This document shows, piece by piece, positions 19,803 to 30,330 of a DNA stretch of 64,000 bases. The stretch comes from Deltaproteobacteria bacterium (GTDB lineage: Bacteria; Desulfobacterota_D; UBA1144; Nemesobacterales; CSP1-2), in contig JACPIY010000050.1 of the NCBI GenBank assembly GCA_016187835.1, forward strand, positions 1,369 to 65,368. The letters run 5' to 3'. The first letter of the stretch is position 1, and the number at the start of each line of letters is the position of its first letter. The notes beneath the pieces were generated by a model that had not been told where the DNA came from, did not search any database, and saw only the letters and a list, made by a program, of their open reading frames with translations. Position numbers and translations under genes: made by a program.

Positions 19803-20177
19803 TTAATCTGTAAGCCACGTTAGAAATTCACCATAAGAATCGAAATAATAACTGCTTTCGTCCCCCGATGAGGGAACTTTTATTCTCGCTATTTCTTTTT
19901 CAAGTTTCTCAAATAAGTTATTAGGCTTTAAATCCTTATACTCTGAACTCCCCCAGGGTCTAAACATTCCTTCCTCCCCCCTTACGTTTATATGTCCGTT
20001 TGCAAAAATGGCAATGTAACTACTTTTGTTTTTGAAATAGAAGAATGCTTTTCCGTTAAGCTCTCTTTTTCTTAAAAGTCTCGTAATATACTTTGGGTCA
20101 TACTTATTTCCTGGGTTTTCTTCATCAATAGGCTTTGCGAATCTATAATAAAAGTGATGAATGAGTTGATTTATCAT
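19803..20177 (-). CDS. Hypothetical protein (124 aa) coupled to the sigma factor gene
   Basis: Its ATG overlaps the sigma factor TGA (ATGA); no recognised motif. Confidence 0.55.
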   Translation of the reverse strand: MINQLIHHFYYRFAKPIDEENPGNKYDPKYITRLLRKRELNGKAFFYFKNKSSYIAIFANGHINVRGEEGMFRPWGSSEYKDLKPNNLFEKLEKEIARIKVPSSGDESSYYFDSYGEFLTWLTD

Positions 20178-21361
20178 TCAATAAAATCCCTGAGTAAAAT
20201 TCCTACTTCTAGCTGTTTGAGTTTTCTAAGGGCGCGCCTCTCGATCTGTCTTATACGTTCCCTAGTAAGCCTGTAGTGATTCCCAATCTCATCAAGCGTG
20301 TATGAACTATCAAAACCAATTCCAAACCTCATCCTTAAAATTTCTTCTTCTCTATCGTTGAGATTAGAGAGTGCTTCCTCTATTTTTTCACTCATTGTAG
20401 CCTTTGCAATAAGAGAATCTGTCGAAAGGCTGCTGTCAGGTATAAAATCAATCAGAGTGGTCCTATCATCATCCATGTTTGTACTCGGCGCATCAAGGTA
20501 AATCATACTCGTTGTGGTTGCGTTCATCACCTTTTTTACCTTTTGAACAGTGAGACCGGATTCATGTGCAATTTCGTCAATATCCGGAGTCTCACCATTT
20601 TCGTTCTGGAGCATATTGGTCGTCTTATAAACCTTGTTTGCCTGCTCAAGGACTCTAATCGGCACTCTTATAACCCTGGTTTGATCAAAAAGAGAACGAG
20701 AAATGCTCTGGATGATCCACCAAGAGGCATAGGTTGAAAATCTGTATCCTTTAGAATGGTCAAACTTTTCCACAGCCTTAATAAGTCCAATGTTTCCCTC
20801 TTGGATAAGGTCGGCAAGCGGAAGACCTCGTCCCATGTACTTTTTAGCTATGCTTATAACCAGCCTGAGGTTAGCCTTTACAAACCTGTCTTTAAAGGTT
20901 TTTGCTTTCTTTGAATAAGCCCTCAGAAGAGCGGATAGTCTTTGTATTCTTATTGGTGAAATGTAAATCCCATTTTTAGGTTTATTTACAGGATTTTTTA
21001 ATCTTTTTGAATGTCCATTATTAGAACAATTACAAACGGAGATTTTTCTAAACCCATTTTTGGCTTGCTCTGCGGCTTTATCAAGCAGGGTTCTTATTTG
21101 CTTAGCCTTTGCTTCGTATTTCTTTATTTTTATTGAAATCTCAACCTCATCGCTTGGTCTAAGAAGGGGTTCTGTCCCAACTTCTTTAAAATAAGACTGG
21201 AGAACCCTGTAGTCATCCTCTGAAATTGTCCTGTGACCATTCTCACCTGTGGAGCTGTTTTCCTCTTGAGCAAATGCTTCATTTTGGTTAACCACACCAT
21301 CTTCTTCAATTATTTTCTCAATGGAAAAAATGTTAAGTGCTTCCAGGTTATTTTGTGCCAT
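20174..21361 (-). CDS. Alternative sigma70-family factor (RpoD/RpoS-like, no region 1.1)
   Basis: ANLRLVISIAKKY, DLIQEGNIGLIKAVEKFD, FSTYASWWI, TRERIRQIE; GGAGG RBS before ATG 21361. Confidence 0.92.
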   Translation of the reverse strand: MAQNNLEALNIFSIEKIIEEDGVVNQNEAFAQEENSSTGENGHRTISEDDYRVLQSYFKEVGTEPLLRPSDEVEISIKIKKYEAKAKQIRTLLDKAAEQAKNGFRKISVCNCSNNGHSKRLKNPVNKPKNGIYISPIRIQRLSALLRAYSKKAKTFKDRFVKANLRLVISIAKKYMGRGLPLADLIQEGNIGLIKAVEKFDHSKGYRFSTYASWWIIQSISRSLFDQTRVIRVPIRVLEQANKVYKTTNMLQNENGETPDIDEIAHESGLTVQKVKKVMNATTTSMIYLDAPSTNMDDDRTTLIDFIPDSSLSTDSLIAKATMSEKIEEALSNLNDREEEILRMRFGIGFDSSYTLDEIGNHYRLTRERIRQIERRALRKLKQLEVGILLRDFIE

Positions 21362-21388
21362 TTTACGCACCTCCGTGAAATATTTGTT

Positions 21389-21403
21389 GCAATGTCTATG
21401 CCA
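21389..21403 (-). promoter_or_regulatory. sigma54 -24/-12 promoter upstream of the sigma factor
   Basis: Minus strand TGGCATAGACATTGC, 27 nt before the start codon. Confidence 0.7.
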
Positions 21404-21657
21404 ACAAAGTAGATACACTTAACCCTCTGATATTATTTATAAAAGAGAAGTTCTACATAACCTTATCAACATTTTTGGGCAGGAATGAAGCATTAAATAA
21501 CAAAATTTGTCAGAAGACTTCGAAGTTTAATTCGATGCTTTCAAAGCTTGACTTCAAGATAAGAAGGTATTAAGTTTTTTATAGATTTGATAGATTATAC
21601 AAGTGTTAAGATCAACAACAATTCTTCCTAGCTTTTCTTAAGAGTTAGAGCCTTGTT

Positions 21658-23013
21658 ATGATAATTCAATGTGAGCGGTGTAACAGGAAATTTAAAATTG
21701 ATGATTCCATGATTAAACCCCCCGGAAATAGAGTCAGGTGCTCAAAATGCGGAAATACATTTTTTGTAGAAAGAAAAGAGGAAATATCTCAAAATGAAAT
21801 TAATTCAGAGCATGAAAGAGATCATAGTCACTCCGGTTTTGTTTATGCAGAAGAAAATTTTGAATCGAAGAGTTCACATCAGAAAACAGAAGAGGAAAAA
21901 ATAGAGTTAGAACAAGAAGCAATAACTCAAGAGCAAAAAGAAATACCCCAGGAATCACCTCAGTCACATAAAAAGTCGGGACTAGATATAGAAAAAACAC
22001 CCATAACAGACGGCATTAACTGGGAGGAATTTGTCAGTATCACTAGGGCAAAGTCTGAAGAAGAGAACCTAGATTCTAAGCCAGACAAAGAGTTGGAACT
22101 AGAAAAAAGAGAGAACCCATCGGAGTTTAACTGGGCAAAGCTTGCTATTGACCATGAACCCGAAGAATCTTTAATTGAAACTGAGCCTCCAAAATTGTTT
22201 GATGAAGCACTGGAAGAAGTAAAGCATGACTCACGTAGAAACCCAGAATCTATAAGGATTAAATTGGAACCTGATGTACCCATAAATCTAACACCAAATC
22301 TTCTGAAAGTAGATAATGAAAAGCTAATCATTACAAAAAAGAAGAATCTAAGGTTATCTTCCTATGCATCAGATTATTCGTCTATGGGGATAAAACCACA
22401 AAAAACCGTTGGACTGGTAGGACGCATCATTAAAAGACTTACCTATGTTTTTATGATCCTTTTTATTCTAACAATAATAATTGGTGCAGGAATGATAATC
22501 CTAGCAAACCAGGGATTAATTCCACAGGAGAAAGTTAGCAGGATAAGTGAATCCATATTATCCAAGCTACCTGTGAAATTCACTGAAGCCCCAGGAAAAG
22601 ATTTTAAAGTATCAGACCTCTTAGGCAGGTGGATAAGCACAAGAAATGGCCTTCTTTATGTAGTTTCCGGGAACATTACTAATCAATCTGATTATGTTGT
22701 AAATTATGTAAAAATAAAGAGCGAATTCATAAGCGGCGGAAAAAGCCTCTTTGAGCAAGTTGTATATGCGGGAAATACGTTTACGGAAAACGAGCTTGAA
22801 ACTTTGCCAATTGAAACAATGGTCCAAAAACTCAATAGAAAAAACGGTGATATAAACTTCGATAATCCCAAAAAGCTTGCAGGACTTAACTTCGGTATTG
22901 AACCCGGTGAGTCAGTTCCATTCTTCTCTATCTTCCCATCGGAGAGTAGAATACTGGGCCTAAAATATAACATCAATATTGCGGGCTTTGAGAGAGCAAA
23001 TAATACTCTTTGA
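21658..23013 (+). CDS. MJ0042-type zinc-ribbon protein with acidic linker, TM and DUF3426-like C-terminus
   Basis: CERC...VRCSKC N-terminus, one TM segment, VSGNITN..VKIK..IEPGESVPF. Confidence 0.8.
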   Translation: MIIQCERCNRKFKIDDSMIKPPGNRVRCSKCGNTFFVERKEEISQNEINSEHERDHSHSGFVYAEENFESKSSHQKTEEEKIELEQEAITQEQKEIPQESPQSHKKSGLDIEKTPITDGINWEEFVSITRAKSEEENLDSKPDKELELEKRENPSEFNWAKLAIDHEPEESLIETEPPKLFDEALEEVKHDSRRNPESIRIKLEPDVPINLTPNLLKVDNEKLIITKKKNLRLSSYASDYSSMGIKPQKTVGLVGRIIKRLTYVFMILFILTIIIGAGMIILANQGLIPQEKVSRISESILSKLPVKFTEAPGKDFKVSDLLGRWISTRNGLLYVVSGNITNQSDYVVNYVKIKSEFISGGKSLFEQVVYAGNTFTENELETLPIETMVQKLNRKNGDINFDNPKKLAGLNFGIEPGESVPFFSIFPSESRILGLKYNINIAGFERANNTL

Positions 23014-23091
23014 TGGTTATTACCCGAAAGCGGTTAAGTCTTTTGAATAGGCGGCCTTAAAGTCATTTTTTTATGAGGCAATTCGTCTGTA

Positions 23092-23119
23092 TTGACATAT
23101 CCGAAATATAGGCTATAGT
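23092..23119 (+). promoter_or_regulatory. sigma70-type promoter upstream of pcrA
   Basis: TTGACA-16 nt-TATAGT. Confidence 0.55.
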
Positions 23120-23307
23120 CGTTATTCACAGAAGTTTCCCCGAGATACCTTCTAAAAGATTTAGTATAAGGTATTATAGAAATCTTATGATTTAAGCATA
23201 AGAGAGGGGAAAGTTGAAATTCATATAAATAATTTTTTCTCTAGCAAATAAGAAGATGCTTCTACGGAAGGTTTTTACCTCGTTACCTACACTTATGGAG
23301 ACAAAAA

Positions 23308-25512
23308 ATGGAATCCAATAGCTTTGATGAGCTTAACCCATCTCAAATAGAAGCAGTCAAACATCCTGAAGGCCCGGTTCTTGTTCTAGCAGGTGCTGGC
23401 TCAGGTAAGACAAGAATAATAACTCAGAGAATCGCTTATCTAATTAAAGAAAAGGGAATAACGCCCTCTAATATTCTAGCCGTTACCTTTACAAACAAGG
23501 CCGCAAATGAAATGAAAGAAAGAGTGCACCGCCTAATCGCTCGTGATGCGCGCGAACTGTGGATAGGAACCTTTCATTCGGTATGTTTAAGGATTCTAAA
23601 AAAGGAAATAGATAAACTCGATGGTTTTAGAAGGGATTTTATAATCTATGATGAGGGTGACCAGATAAAACTCATAAGAGAATGTATGAGTCAGCTAGGT
23701 TTCAGTGACCGTATACTTGATCCTCGGTCTATGCGCTCCCAGATTGATTGCGCCAAAAATAGAGGCCTTCATCCCGGTGATTTTGGATCAAATATATATG
23801 ATGAAAGGATTTCCAGGGTTTACGAAATATATGAAAAAGAGCTCAAGAGATTAAACGCCCTCGATTTTGGAGATCTTCTTGATTTTACAGTTAATTTATT
23901 CGAAAAAAGACTCGATGTGCTTCGGAAGTATCAAAACCAGTTCCATCATATACTAGTAGACGAATACCAAGATACAAACCACTTGCAGTATAAAGTTGTC
24001 AAACTTTTATCAGGAAGACATAGAAACACCTTCATTGTCGGAGATGACAATCAATCCATATACGGATGGCGAGGGGCAGATTTAGAAAACATTCTCAACT
24101 TCGAAAAGGACTTTCCCGAAACCAAAGTTATAAAGCTTGAAAGAAACTACAGATCAACTAAAAACATACTAAAGTCCGCTAATGCACTAATTCTCAGGAA
24201 TAGATATAGGCGTGATAAAAAGCTCTGGACTGAGAACCCGGAGGGTGAATTAATAGTATACTATGAAGCTCGTGACGAAAAGGATGAAGGCAGGTACGTT
24301 GCTTCCCGAATCCAATCCGAAATAACTACCAATAGACGCTCATACGGGGACTTCGCCGTGTTTTATAGAACAAACAATCAGTCACGTTTGATAGAAGAAG
24401 AACTGCTTCATAGAGGAATTCCTTATACAATAGTAGGAGGAGTGGGCTTTTACGAAAGGTCTGAAATAAAGGATATTATGGCTTACCTGAGAGTTATAGC
24501 AAACCCGCTTGATGAAATAGGACTAAGACGCATAATTAACGTGCCACCTAGGGGAATTGGCAAAGGAACGATAGGGGTTCTTGAGAATATCGCTAAAGAG
24601 AGGAACATCCCTTTATTCGAGGCTATAGAGTTTGCTGTTAAAGAAGAACTTCTTCCCAGAAAAGCTTTAAACAACCTTGATAAGTTCTATAGGATTGTTG
24701 TTGAGCTTATAAAAATCTCAAAAGAGTTGAGTGTGGGAAAGGTTCTTGAAAAGATTCTTGAGACAACAGGGTACCTTGAGCTTCTGGATAAGGACGAAGA
24801 AAGGCAAAAAAACGTAGGAGAGATTTTAAACCTTGTAGCAGAATTTGAGAAAGAAGAAAAGAATACAAACATTCATGATTTTCTTGACTGGATAACGCTT
24901 GCAAGCGATGTGGACAGGGTCAGTGAAAAAAACGATAAGGTTACTCTTATGACCCTTCATTGTGCTAAAGGGCTTGAATTTCCTGTGGTCTTTGTCATAG
25001 GAATGGAGGAGAGCCTGTTTCCTCATGTGAAATCACTCGGAAATGGAAAACTCATAGAGGAGGAAAGAAGACTCTGTTACGTAGGCATTACGAGAGCGAA
25101 GGAAAAAATATTTCTTACGAGCACCTCTAAAAGAAGAGTATTCGGTATCGAACATAGATCGATTCCTTCCAGATTTATTATTGAGATTCCGAGAAAACTA
25201 CTACATTGGGAAAACTATCATATGACTCAAAGAGATCAGGAAAGTAACAACTTTCAATTTTATCGTTCTAATGACAATGAGCTGAACATTCACCAGGCTC
25301 AGACGGGACTCTCAGACGAGATAGCTCAAGGACATCTAAATTCAAACGGAAATAGATATATAATTGGGGAAAAAGTAATCCATCCCTCTTTCGGACAAGG
25401 TGTGGTAAAAAGGATAGAAGGAATGGGGAACGAAGCAAAAGTAATTATTTCGTTTCCTAATCACGGACAGAAAAAGATTATGGCAAACTTTCTCGGCCTT
25501 AAAAAGACTTAA
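23308..25512 (+). CDS. pcrA: UvrD/PcrA ATP-dependent DNA helicase
   Basis: AGAGSGKT, VTFTNKAA, LVDEYQDTN, VGDDNQSIYGWRGA, LERNYRS, EEERRLCYVGITRA. Confidence 0.95.
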   Translation: MESNSFDELNPSQIEAVKHPEGPVLVLAGAGSGKTRIITQRIAYLIKEKGITPSNILAVTFTNKAANEMKERVHRLIARDARELWIGTFHSVCLRILKKEIDKLDGFRRDFIIYDEGDQIKLIRECMSQLGFSDRILDPRSMRSQIDCAKNRGLHPGDFGSNIYDERISRVYEIYEKELKRLNALDFGDLLDFTVNLFEKRLDVLRKYQNQFHHILVDEYQDTNHLQYKVVKLLSGRHRNTFIVGDDNQSIYGWRGADLENILNFEKDFPETKVIKLERNYRSTKNILKSANALILRNRYRRDKKLWTENPEGELIVYYEARDEKDEGRYVASRIQSEITTNRRSYGDFAVFYRTNNQSRLIEEELLHRGIPYTIVGGVGFYERSEIKDIMAYLRVIANPLDEIGLRRIINVPPRGIGKGTIGVLENIAKERNIPLFEAIEFAVKEELLPRKALNNLDKFYRIVVELIKISKELSVGKVLEKILETTGYLELLDKDEERQKNVGEILNLVAEFEKEEKNTNIHDFLDWITLASDVDRVSEKNDKVTLMTLHCAKGLEFPVVFVIGMEESLFPHVKSLGNGKLIEEERRLCYVGITRAKEKIFLTSTSKRRVFGIEHRSIPSRFIIEIPRKLLHWENYHMTQRDQESNNFQFYRSNDNELNIHQAQTGLSDEIAQGHLNSNGNRYIIGEKVIHPSFGQGVVKRIEGMGNEAKVIISFPNHGQKKIMANFLGLKKT

Positions 25513-25563
25513 CTTTTATAACTACTGAGCCAAGAATTGACACCAATACTCCAATCGTGGTTT

Positions 25564-25618
25564 GCAGACTGCAGATTTCGGATTTAAAAGTATATCCAGC
25601 CACAGATGAACACGAATG
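25564..25618 (+). repeat. Copy of the ~55-bp dispersed repeat
   Basis: gcagactgcagatttcggatttaaaagtatatccagccacagatgaacacgaatg; a weak inverted partner lies at 25640-25671. Confidence 0.7.
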
Positions 25619-25700
25619 TTCATAAATTATTCAATGTTAATTCACGCAAATTCATGTAATTTCGCAGCTAAACATCTACAACACATTTTAGGAGGTAATT

Positions 25701-26240
25701 ATGGATCAAAAACTTGAAATCGGAGACAGGGCTCCAGATTTTAATCTTCCCGGAGTTGATGGAATGCACCTTTCGCTTTCTGATTTGAAAGATAAAAAGG
25801 TCCTGGTTGTTATATTCAGCTGTAACCACTGTCCCTATGCACAGGCATATGAAGATAGGATTATTGCTCTTCAAGATGAATTTAAGGATCAAGAGGTTAG
25901 TTTTATCGCCATAAATTCAAATGATGATAAAAACTATCCAGAGGACAGTTTCAAGAACATGATAAAAAGAGCAAGAAAAAAGGGTTACAACTTTCCATAT
26001 CTAAGGGACGAATCGCAGAAGATAGCACTTGACTACGGGGCGACTCATACGCCACACATTTTTGTTTTCAATGAAGAAAGAAAGCTCAGTTATACAGGTA
26101 AAATTGATGATAATTGGAGAGAGCCAAACAAAGTAAAGGAACGCTATCTTAGGGATGCAATTCTGTCTCTAGTTGAAGGAAAAAAGATAGACAACCCAGA
26201 GACCTATGCAATCGGTTGTACAATAAAATGGGCAAGGTAG
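25701..26240 (+). CDS. Thioredoxin-family AhpC/TSA redoxin
   Basis: APDFNLPG, FSCNHCPY, INSND, YGATHTPH, AIGCTIKW. Confidence 0.92.
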   Translation: MDQKLEIGDRAPDFNLPGVDGMHLSLSDLKDKKVLVVIFSCNHCPYAQAYEDRIIALQDEFKDQEVSFIAINSNDDKNYPEDSFKNMIKRARKKGYNFPYLRDESQKIALDYGATHTPHIFVFNEERKLSYTGKIDDNWREPNKVKERYLRDAILSLVEGKKIDNPETYAIGCTIKWAR

Positions 26241-26241
26241 A

Positions 26242-26526
26242 GTGAGACACAGAAAGAAAAAAATAAAGCGTCAGCACAGTATGATAAAGGGTCTAAGGGA
26301 ATTTCTTGAGGAAAAGGTATCATCCCTGGATTTTGTGGATGGTGTTATTCCCGGTGAGATAAAGGTGGGAAGTGCTACCGGTGAGAACCTGATTGTGAAA
26401 TACAAATATAGCACCGTTAGCGGTGCGAAACTGATTGCAAGAAGCGGCTCTTCAATCCAAGAAGTATTTGTCGTAACAAAGTTTCCCGAAAAGCTCAAAA
26501 AAGTCATTGATGAAGAAGGTAATTGA
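26242..26526 (+). CDS. DUF2103-like protein
   Basis: HSMIKGL..VIPGEI..AKLIARSGSSIQEVFVVT resembles DUF2103. Confidence 0.65.
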   Translation: MRHRKKKIKRQHSMIKGLREFLEEKVSSLDFVDGVIPGEIKVGSATGENLIVKYKYSTVSGAKLIARSGSSIQEVFVVTKFPEKLKKVIDEEGN

Positions 26527-26956
26527 TGTGAATTAGACGTAAGTACAAGTAGTAGGGGCGTATAATTATTCACCAGTACATCAGCCACCTAAGCCTTTAG
26601 CTGAACTCACGACGAAACTCATCCTTAATTTTTCTACTCTTCATAAGTCGTATCGAACTCTCTTTAATACTAATACCAGTCCTATTAATAGTACTAATAC
26701 GAAAGTCGTAGACAATTCCTAGGCCTGAGTACGTCCAAAAGTGCTATTGACTTCGTGTTGAATAAGCCATTCTATTAATTTGAAGGAATTTCGGAAACGA
26801 TGATTCTGGCCGGATTGCTACTTTATAAGCCAAATTGGCATAGTTATCTGTAACTATAAACAAGAGATGTGAGTCTTTATGGAAAATTCTAGCATTAGAT
26901 AAAACTTTCTTGAACAGGCTACGGTCATAATAACTAAGACATTACGTTAATAACTT

Positions 26957-29900
26957 TTGTTGATAGTTATGTCAAGCAGCAAAAAAAGAAGAAACGACAA
27001 CTTAGAATTATTAACTAAGATTATTCAAGCTATACATAAATCCTCCAACCTGGAAGAGATATACAAAGTTGCTCTGGACTCGGTCATTGAGCTAGAGAAC
27101 GTAGATATGGCGGCAATTTATTTAGTGGATAAAGAAAAACAGGAAGCAGTGCTTCAGAGCCATAGGAATCTCCCAGAAGAATATACAACAAGCGCAGAGA
27201 GAATTCCCCATTCCAAGGGCATAACCTGGAAGGTTATTAATACCGGCGTTATGCTTAATGTTGAAGATGCTCAAAAAGAACTCGATATAGGACCTGCGGG
27301 TAGAGACCTTGGACACTATAGTATCCTGGGCATACCCATAAGGCTAGAAGAAATGGTTATCGGTGTTATTTGGTTTTTTGGTTACAAAAAACGTAAGTTT
27401 AAGGAAAAAGAGATAAGTTTGCTTTCTACCATTGGTGATCAGATTGCTATAGCCATAGCAAAGGCAAAGCTCTTTGAAGAAATGAAGAAGCGGGAGGAAG
27501 CACTAAAGGCTTCGGAAGAAAGATACCGACAGTTATTTGAAAGTAACCCCCATCCAATGTGGGCCTATGACCTTGAAACACTCGCTTTTCTCGATGTCAA
27601 CAATGCAGCTGCCCGTCATTATGGCTACTCACGCGAAGAGTTTCTCAGAATGACTATTAAGGACATCTGCTCTCCCGAAGATATTCCAGCTCTTCTCAGT
27701 TACCTGTCTAAGCTTAACACTGGACTTGATGTAGCAGGGGTGTGGAAACACAGGAAAAAAGACGGGAATATTATTCATGTAGAAATCACCTCACATACAT
27801 TGAACTGCTTGGGGAGACTTGCAGAGGTTGTTCTCGTAAACAACATCACAGAACGTAAGAGAGCAGAGGAAGCTCTTTGGGAAAGTGTTAATCAGTTATC
27901 CAGAAAGAATCGTTATGAGACAATCATCAACACCGTCACTCAGAACGTACATCAGTCCCTTAATCTGCAAGACGTCCTAGAAAATGCTGTTGAAGCAATG
28001 AGTAATAATATAGACGGTGTAGATAACATTTTTATTTCCCTGGTCGAAGGAGATGAAGCAGTTTTAAAAGCTCATAGAGGCTACCCGGATTGGTTTATTG
28101 AGCTGGTAAGAAAAATAGCCTATCCTAAAGGGGCTACCTGGAAGACGATAATCGAGGGAAAGCCCAGGTATGTTGCTGATGTAGATCAAGATACGGTTAT
28201 CGGCCCTGCTGGGAGGAAAGTGGGAACTCAGAGCTATTTGTCGATGCCGATTCGCTATTTAGACAAGACGGTAGGAGTTATAAACATAAATTCTTTGAAA
28301 AAGAACGCCTTTGATGAGGAAGAATTAAAGTTACTAGAAGCTGTAGCACAACAAATCGAGGTAGCTATCAATAATGCAAATCAGGCCGAGGCGCTTCGCG
28401 AGAGCGAAGAGCGATACCGCGTAGTTGCCGAAACTGCCTCGGATGCTATCATCACAATTGATGAAGAAAGCAGAATATTATTTGCCAATCGCACAGCCCA
28501 GAGAATCTTTGGTTATGCAACACAAGAGATGCTCGGTCAACAAATCACTATGCTCATGCCCGAAAATTTGCGAAATGTTCATCTGTCTTCAATAAAACGA
28601 TACGTTTATACTGGTAAGAGAAATATAACCTGGGATCGTACAGAACTTACGGGGCTACATAAGAGCGGGAAAAAGGTTCACTTAGAGATCTCATTTGGTG
28701 AATTTATCAAGGATGACAAGCACTTTTTCACAGGTATTATCCGCGACATCAGCGAGCGAAAGAGGGCGGAGGAGAAAATACTCGAACAAGCGGCACTTCT
28801 TGATAAAGCGCAAGATGCCATTGCCGTTCGAGACTTAGAGCAAAATATAATCTTCTGGAATAAAGGTGCTGAACGTCTTTATGGCTGGACAGCGAGGGAA
28901 GCAATTGGCAAGAATGCCAATGAAATTCTGTATAAAGAACCTCCACCCCAATTAATCGAAGCCCAAAAGACAGTAATTGAGAAAGGAGAATGGACCGGAG
29001 AGTTACATCAGTTAAGAAAAAACGGCAAGGAAATTATCGTGGAAAGCCGTTGGACATTGGTGTATGGTGATGAGGGAAAACCAAAATCAATACTCATTAT
29101 TAATACTGACATCACAGAAAAGAAGAAACTAGAAGTCCAATTTTTGCGTGCACAGCGTATGGAAAGCCTGGGGACACTCACCGGTGGAATTGCACACGAC
29201 CTGAACAATATGCTGGCACCAATAATGATGGCACTAGAGATGATAAGACTGAGATTTAAAGATGAAAAAAGCAAGAGTCTGATTGATACCCTCGAAACAA
29301 GTACTCAGCGCGCAGCTGATTTGGTAAAACAAGTCCTTTCATTTGCAAGAGGACTCGAAGGTGAACATACTATCCTTCAAGTAAAACATCTTGTTTCTGA
29401 AATTGAAAAGATTCTAAAAGAAACATTCCCCAAATCAATTCAAATTCAAACAGATATACCGAAAGACCTCAGCAATTTCTACGGAGATTTTACGCAACTC
29501 CATCAGGTTTTAATGAACCTCTGCGTTAACGCTCGAGATGCAATGCCAAACGGAGGTAATTTGAATATCTCGGCTGAAAATCTTTTTGTTGATGAACACT
29601 ACGCAGAGATGAATATTGACGCAAAAGTCGGTCCCTACATCGTTATCACCGTCTCTGACACCGGTATTGGAATTCCTGCGGAAACAATCGATAGAATCTT
29701 TGAGCCTTTCTTTACTACAAAAGAACCCGGTAAAGGCACAGGGCTTGGTCTTTCAACGACTTTTAGAATTGTCAAAGATCACAGGGGGTTTATAAATGTT
29801 TATAGTGAAGTTGGGAAAGGAACAAGATTTAAGGTCTATCTGCCTGCAATCGAAACAAAAGAGACACAAAAAATGGGAGATAAACAAATTGAAGAACCTA

Positions 29901-30004
29901 CAGTAGGAAAGGGAGGATTGATTCTCGTTGTTGATGACGAAGCATCAATTCGTGAGATTACCAGGGTTACATTGGAAAAACATGGATATATGGATATAAG
30001 GTAA
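26957..30004 (+). CDS. Hybrid sensor kinase GAF-PAS-GAF-PAS-PAS-HisKA-HATPase; receiver split by a frameshift
   Basis: GGIAHDLNNML, MNLCVNARDAM, DTGIGI, GTGLGL, then LVVDDEASIR just before the stop. Confidence 0.9.
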   Translation: MLIVMSSSKKRRNDNLELLTKIIQAIHKSSNLEEIYKVALDSVIELENVDMAAIYLVDKEKQEAVLQSHRNLPEEYTTSAERIPHSKGITWKVINTGVMLNVEDAQKELDIGPAGRDLGHYSILGIPIRLEEMVIGVIWFFGYKKRKFKEKEISLLSTIGDQIAIAIAKAKLFEEMKKREEALKASEERYRQLFESNPHPMWAYDLETLAFLDVNNAAARHYGYSREEFLRMTIKDICSPEDIPALLSYLSKLNTGLDVAGVWKHRKKDGNIIHVEITSHTLNCLGRLAEVVLVNNITERKRAEEALWESVNQLSRKNRYETIINTVTQNVHQSLNLQDVLENAVEAMSNNIDGVDNIFISLVEGDEAVLKAHRGYPDWFIELVRKIAYPKGATWKTIIEGKPRYVADVDQDTVIGPAGRKVGTQSYLSMPIRYLDKTVGVININSLKKNAFDEEELKLLEAVAQQIEVAINNANQAEALRESEERYRVVAETASDAIITIDEESRILFANRTAQRIFGYATQEMLGQQITMLMPENLRNVHLSSIKRYVYTGKRNITWDRTELTGLHKSGKKVHLEISFGEFIKDDKHFFTGIIRDISERKRAEEKILEQAALLDKAQDAIAVRDLEQNIIFWNKGAERLYGWTAREAIGKNANEILYKEPPPQLIEAQKTVIEKGEWTGELHQLRKNGKEIIVESRWTLVYGDEGKPKSILIINTDITEKKKLEVQFLRAQRMESLGTLTGGIAHDLNNMLAPIMMALEMIRLRFKDEKSKSLIDTLETSTQRAADLVKQVLSFARGLEGEHTILQVKHLVSEIEKILKETFPKSIQIQTDIPKDLSNFYGDFTQLHQVLMNLCVNARDAMPNGGNLNISAENLFVDEHYAEMNIDAKVGPYIVITVSDTGIGIPAETIDRIFEPFFTTKEPGKGTGLGLSTTFRIVKDHRGFINVYSEVGKGTRFKVYLPAIETKETQKMGDKQIEEPTVGKGGLILVVDDEASIREITRVTLEKHGYMDIR

Positions 30005-30291
30005 TTACAGCAAATGATGGTGTAGACGCAGTAGCTTTGTATGCAGAGAGAAGAGAAGAAATTAGAGTTGTTATCATGGACATGATGATGCCAATTATGG
30101 ACGCACCGGCAAGTATTAAAGCACTGAGGAAGATTGACCCAAATGTTAAAGTGATTGCCGTGAGCGGATTAAAGGACAATGGCAAACTTATTGAAATAAT
30201 TGGCACTGATGTAGGCGCTTTTTTATCGAAACCGTACACCGCAGAAACGCTTTTAAGGACATTACAACAGATTCTCGACGGAAATAACTAA
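29991..30291 (+). pseudogene. Out-of-frame remainder of the receiver domain
   Basis: GYKVITANDG..VVIMDMMMPIMD..IAVSG..LSKPY follows the ATGGATAT tandem duplication. Confidence 0.85.
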
Positions 30292-30330
30292 CAAGAAAAA
30301 GGATAAACACAGGGATTGTTTATATTTATC

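Noticed and set aside
26836-26850. Sixth sigma54 promoter
   Set aside because: The -24 half matches but the -12 GC is missing (TG), so it is not listed as a feature.
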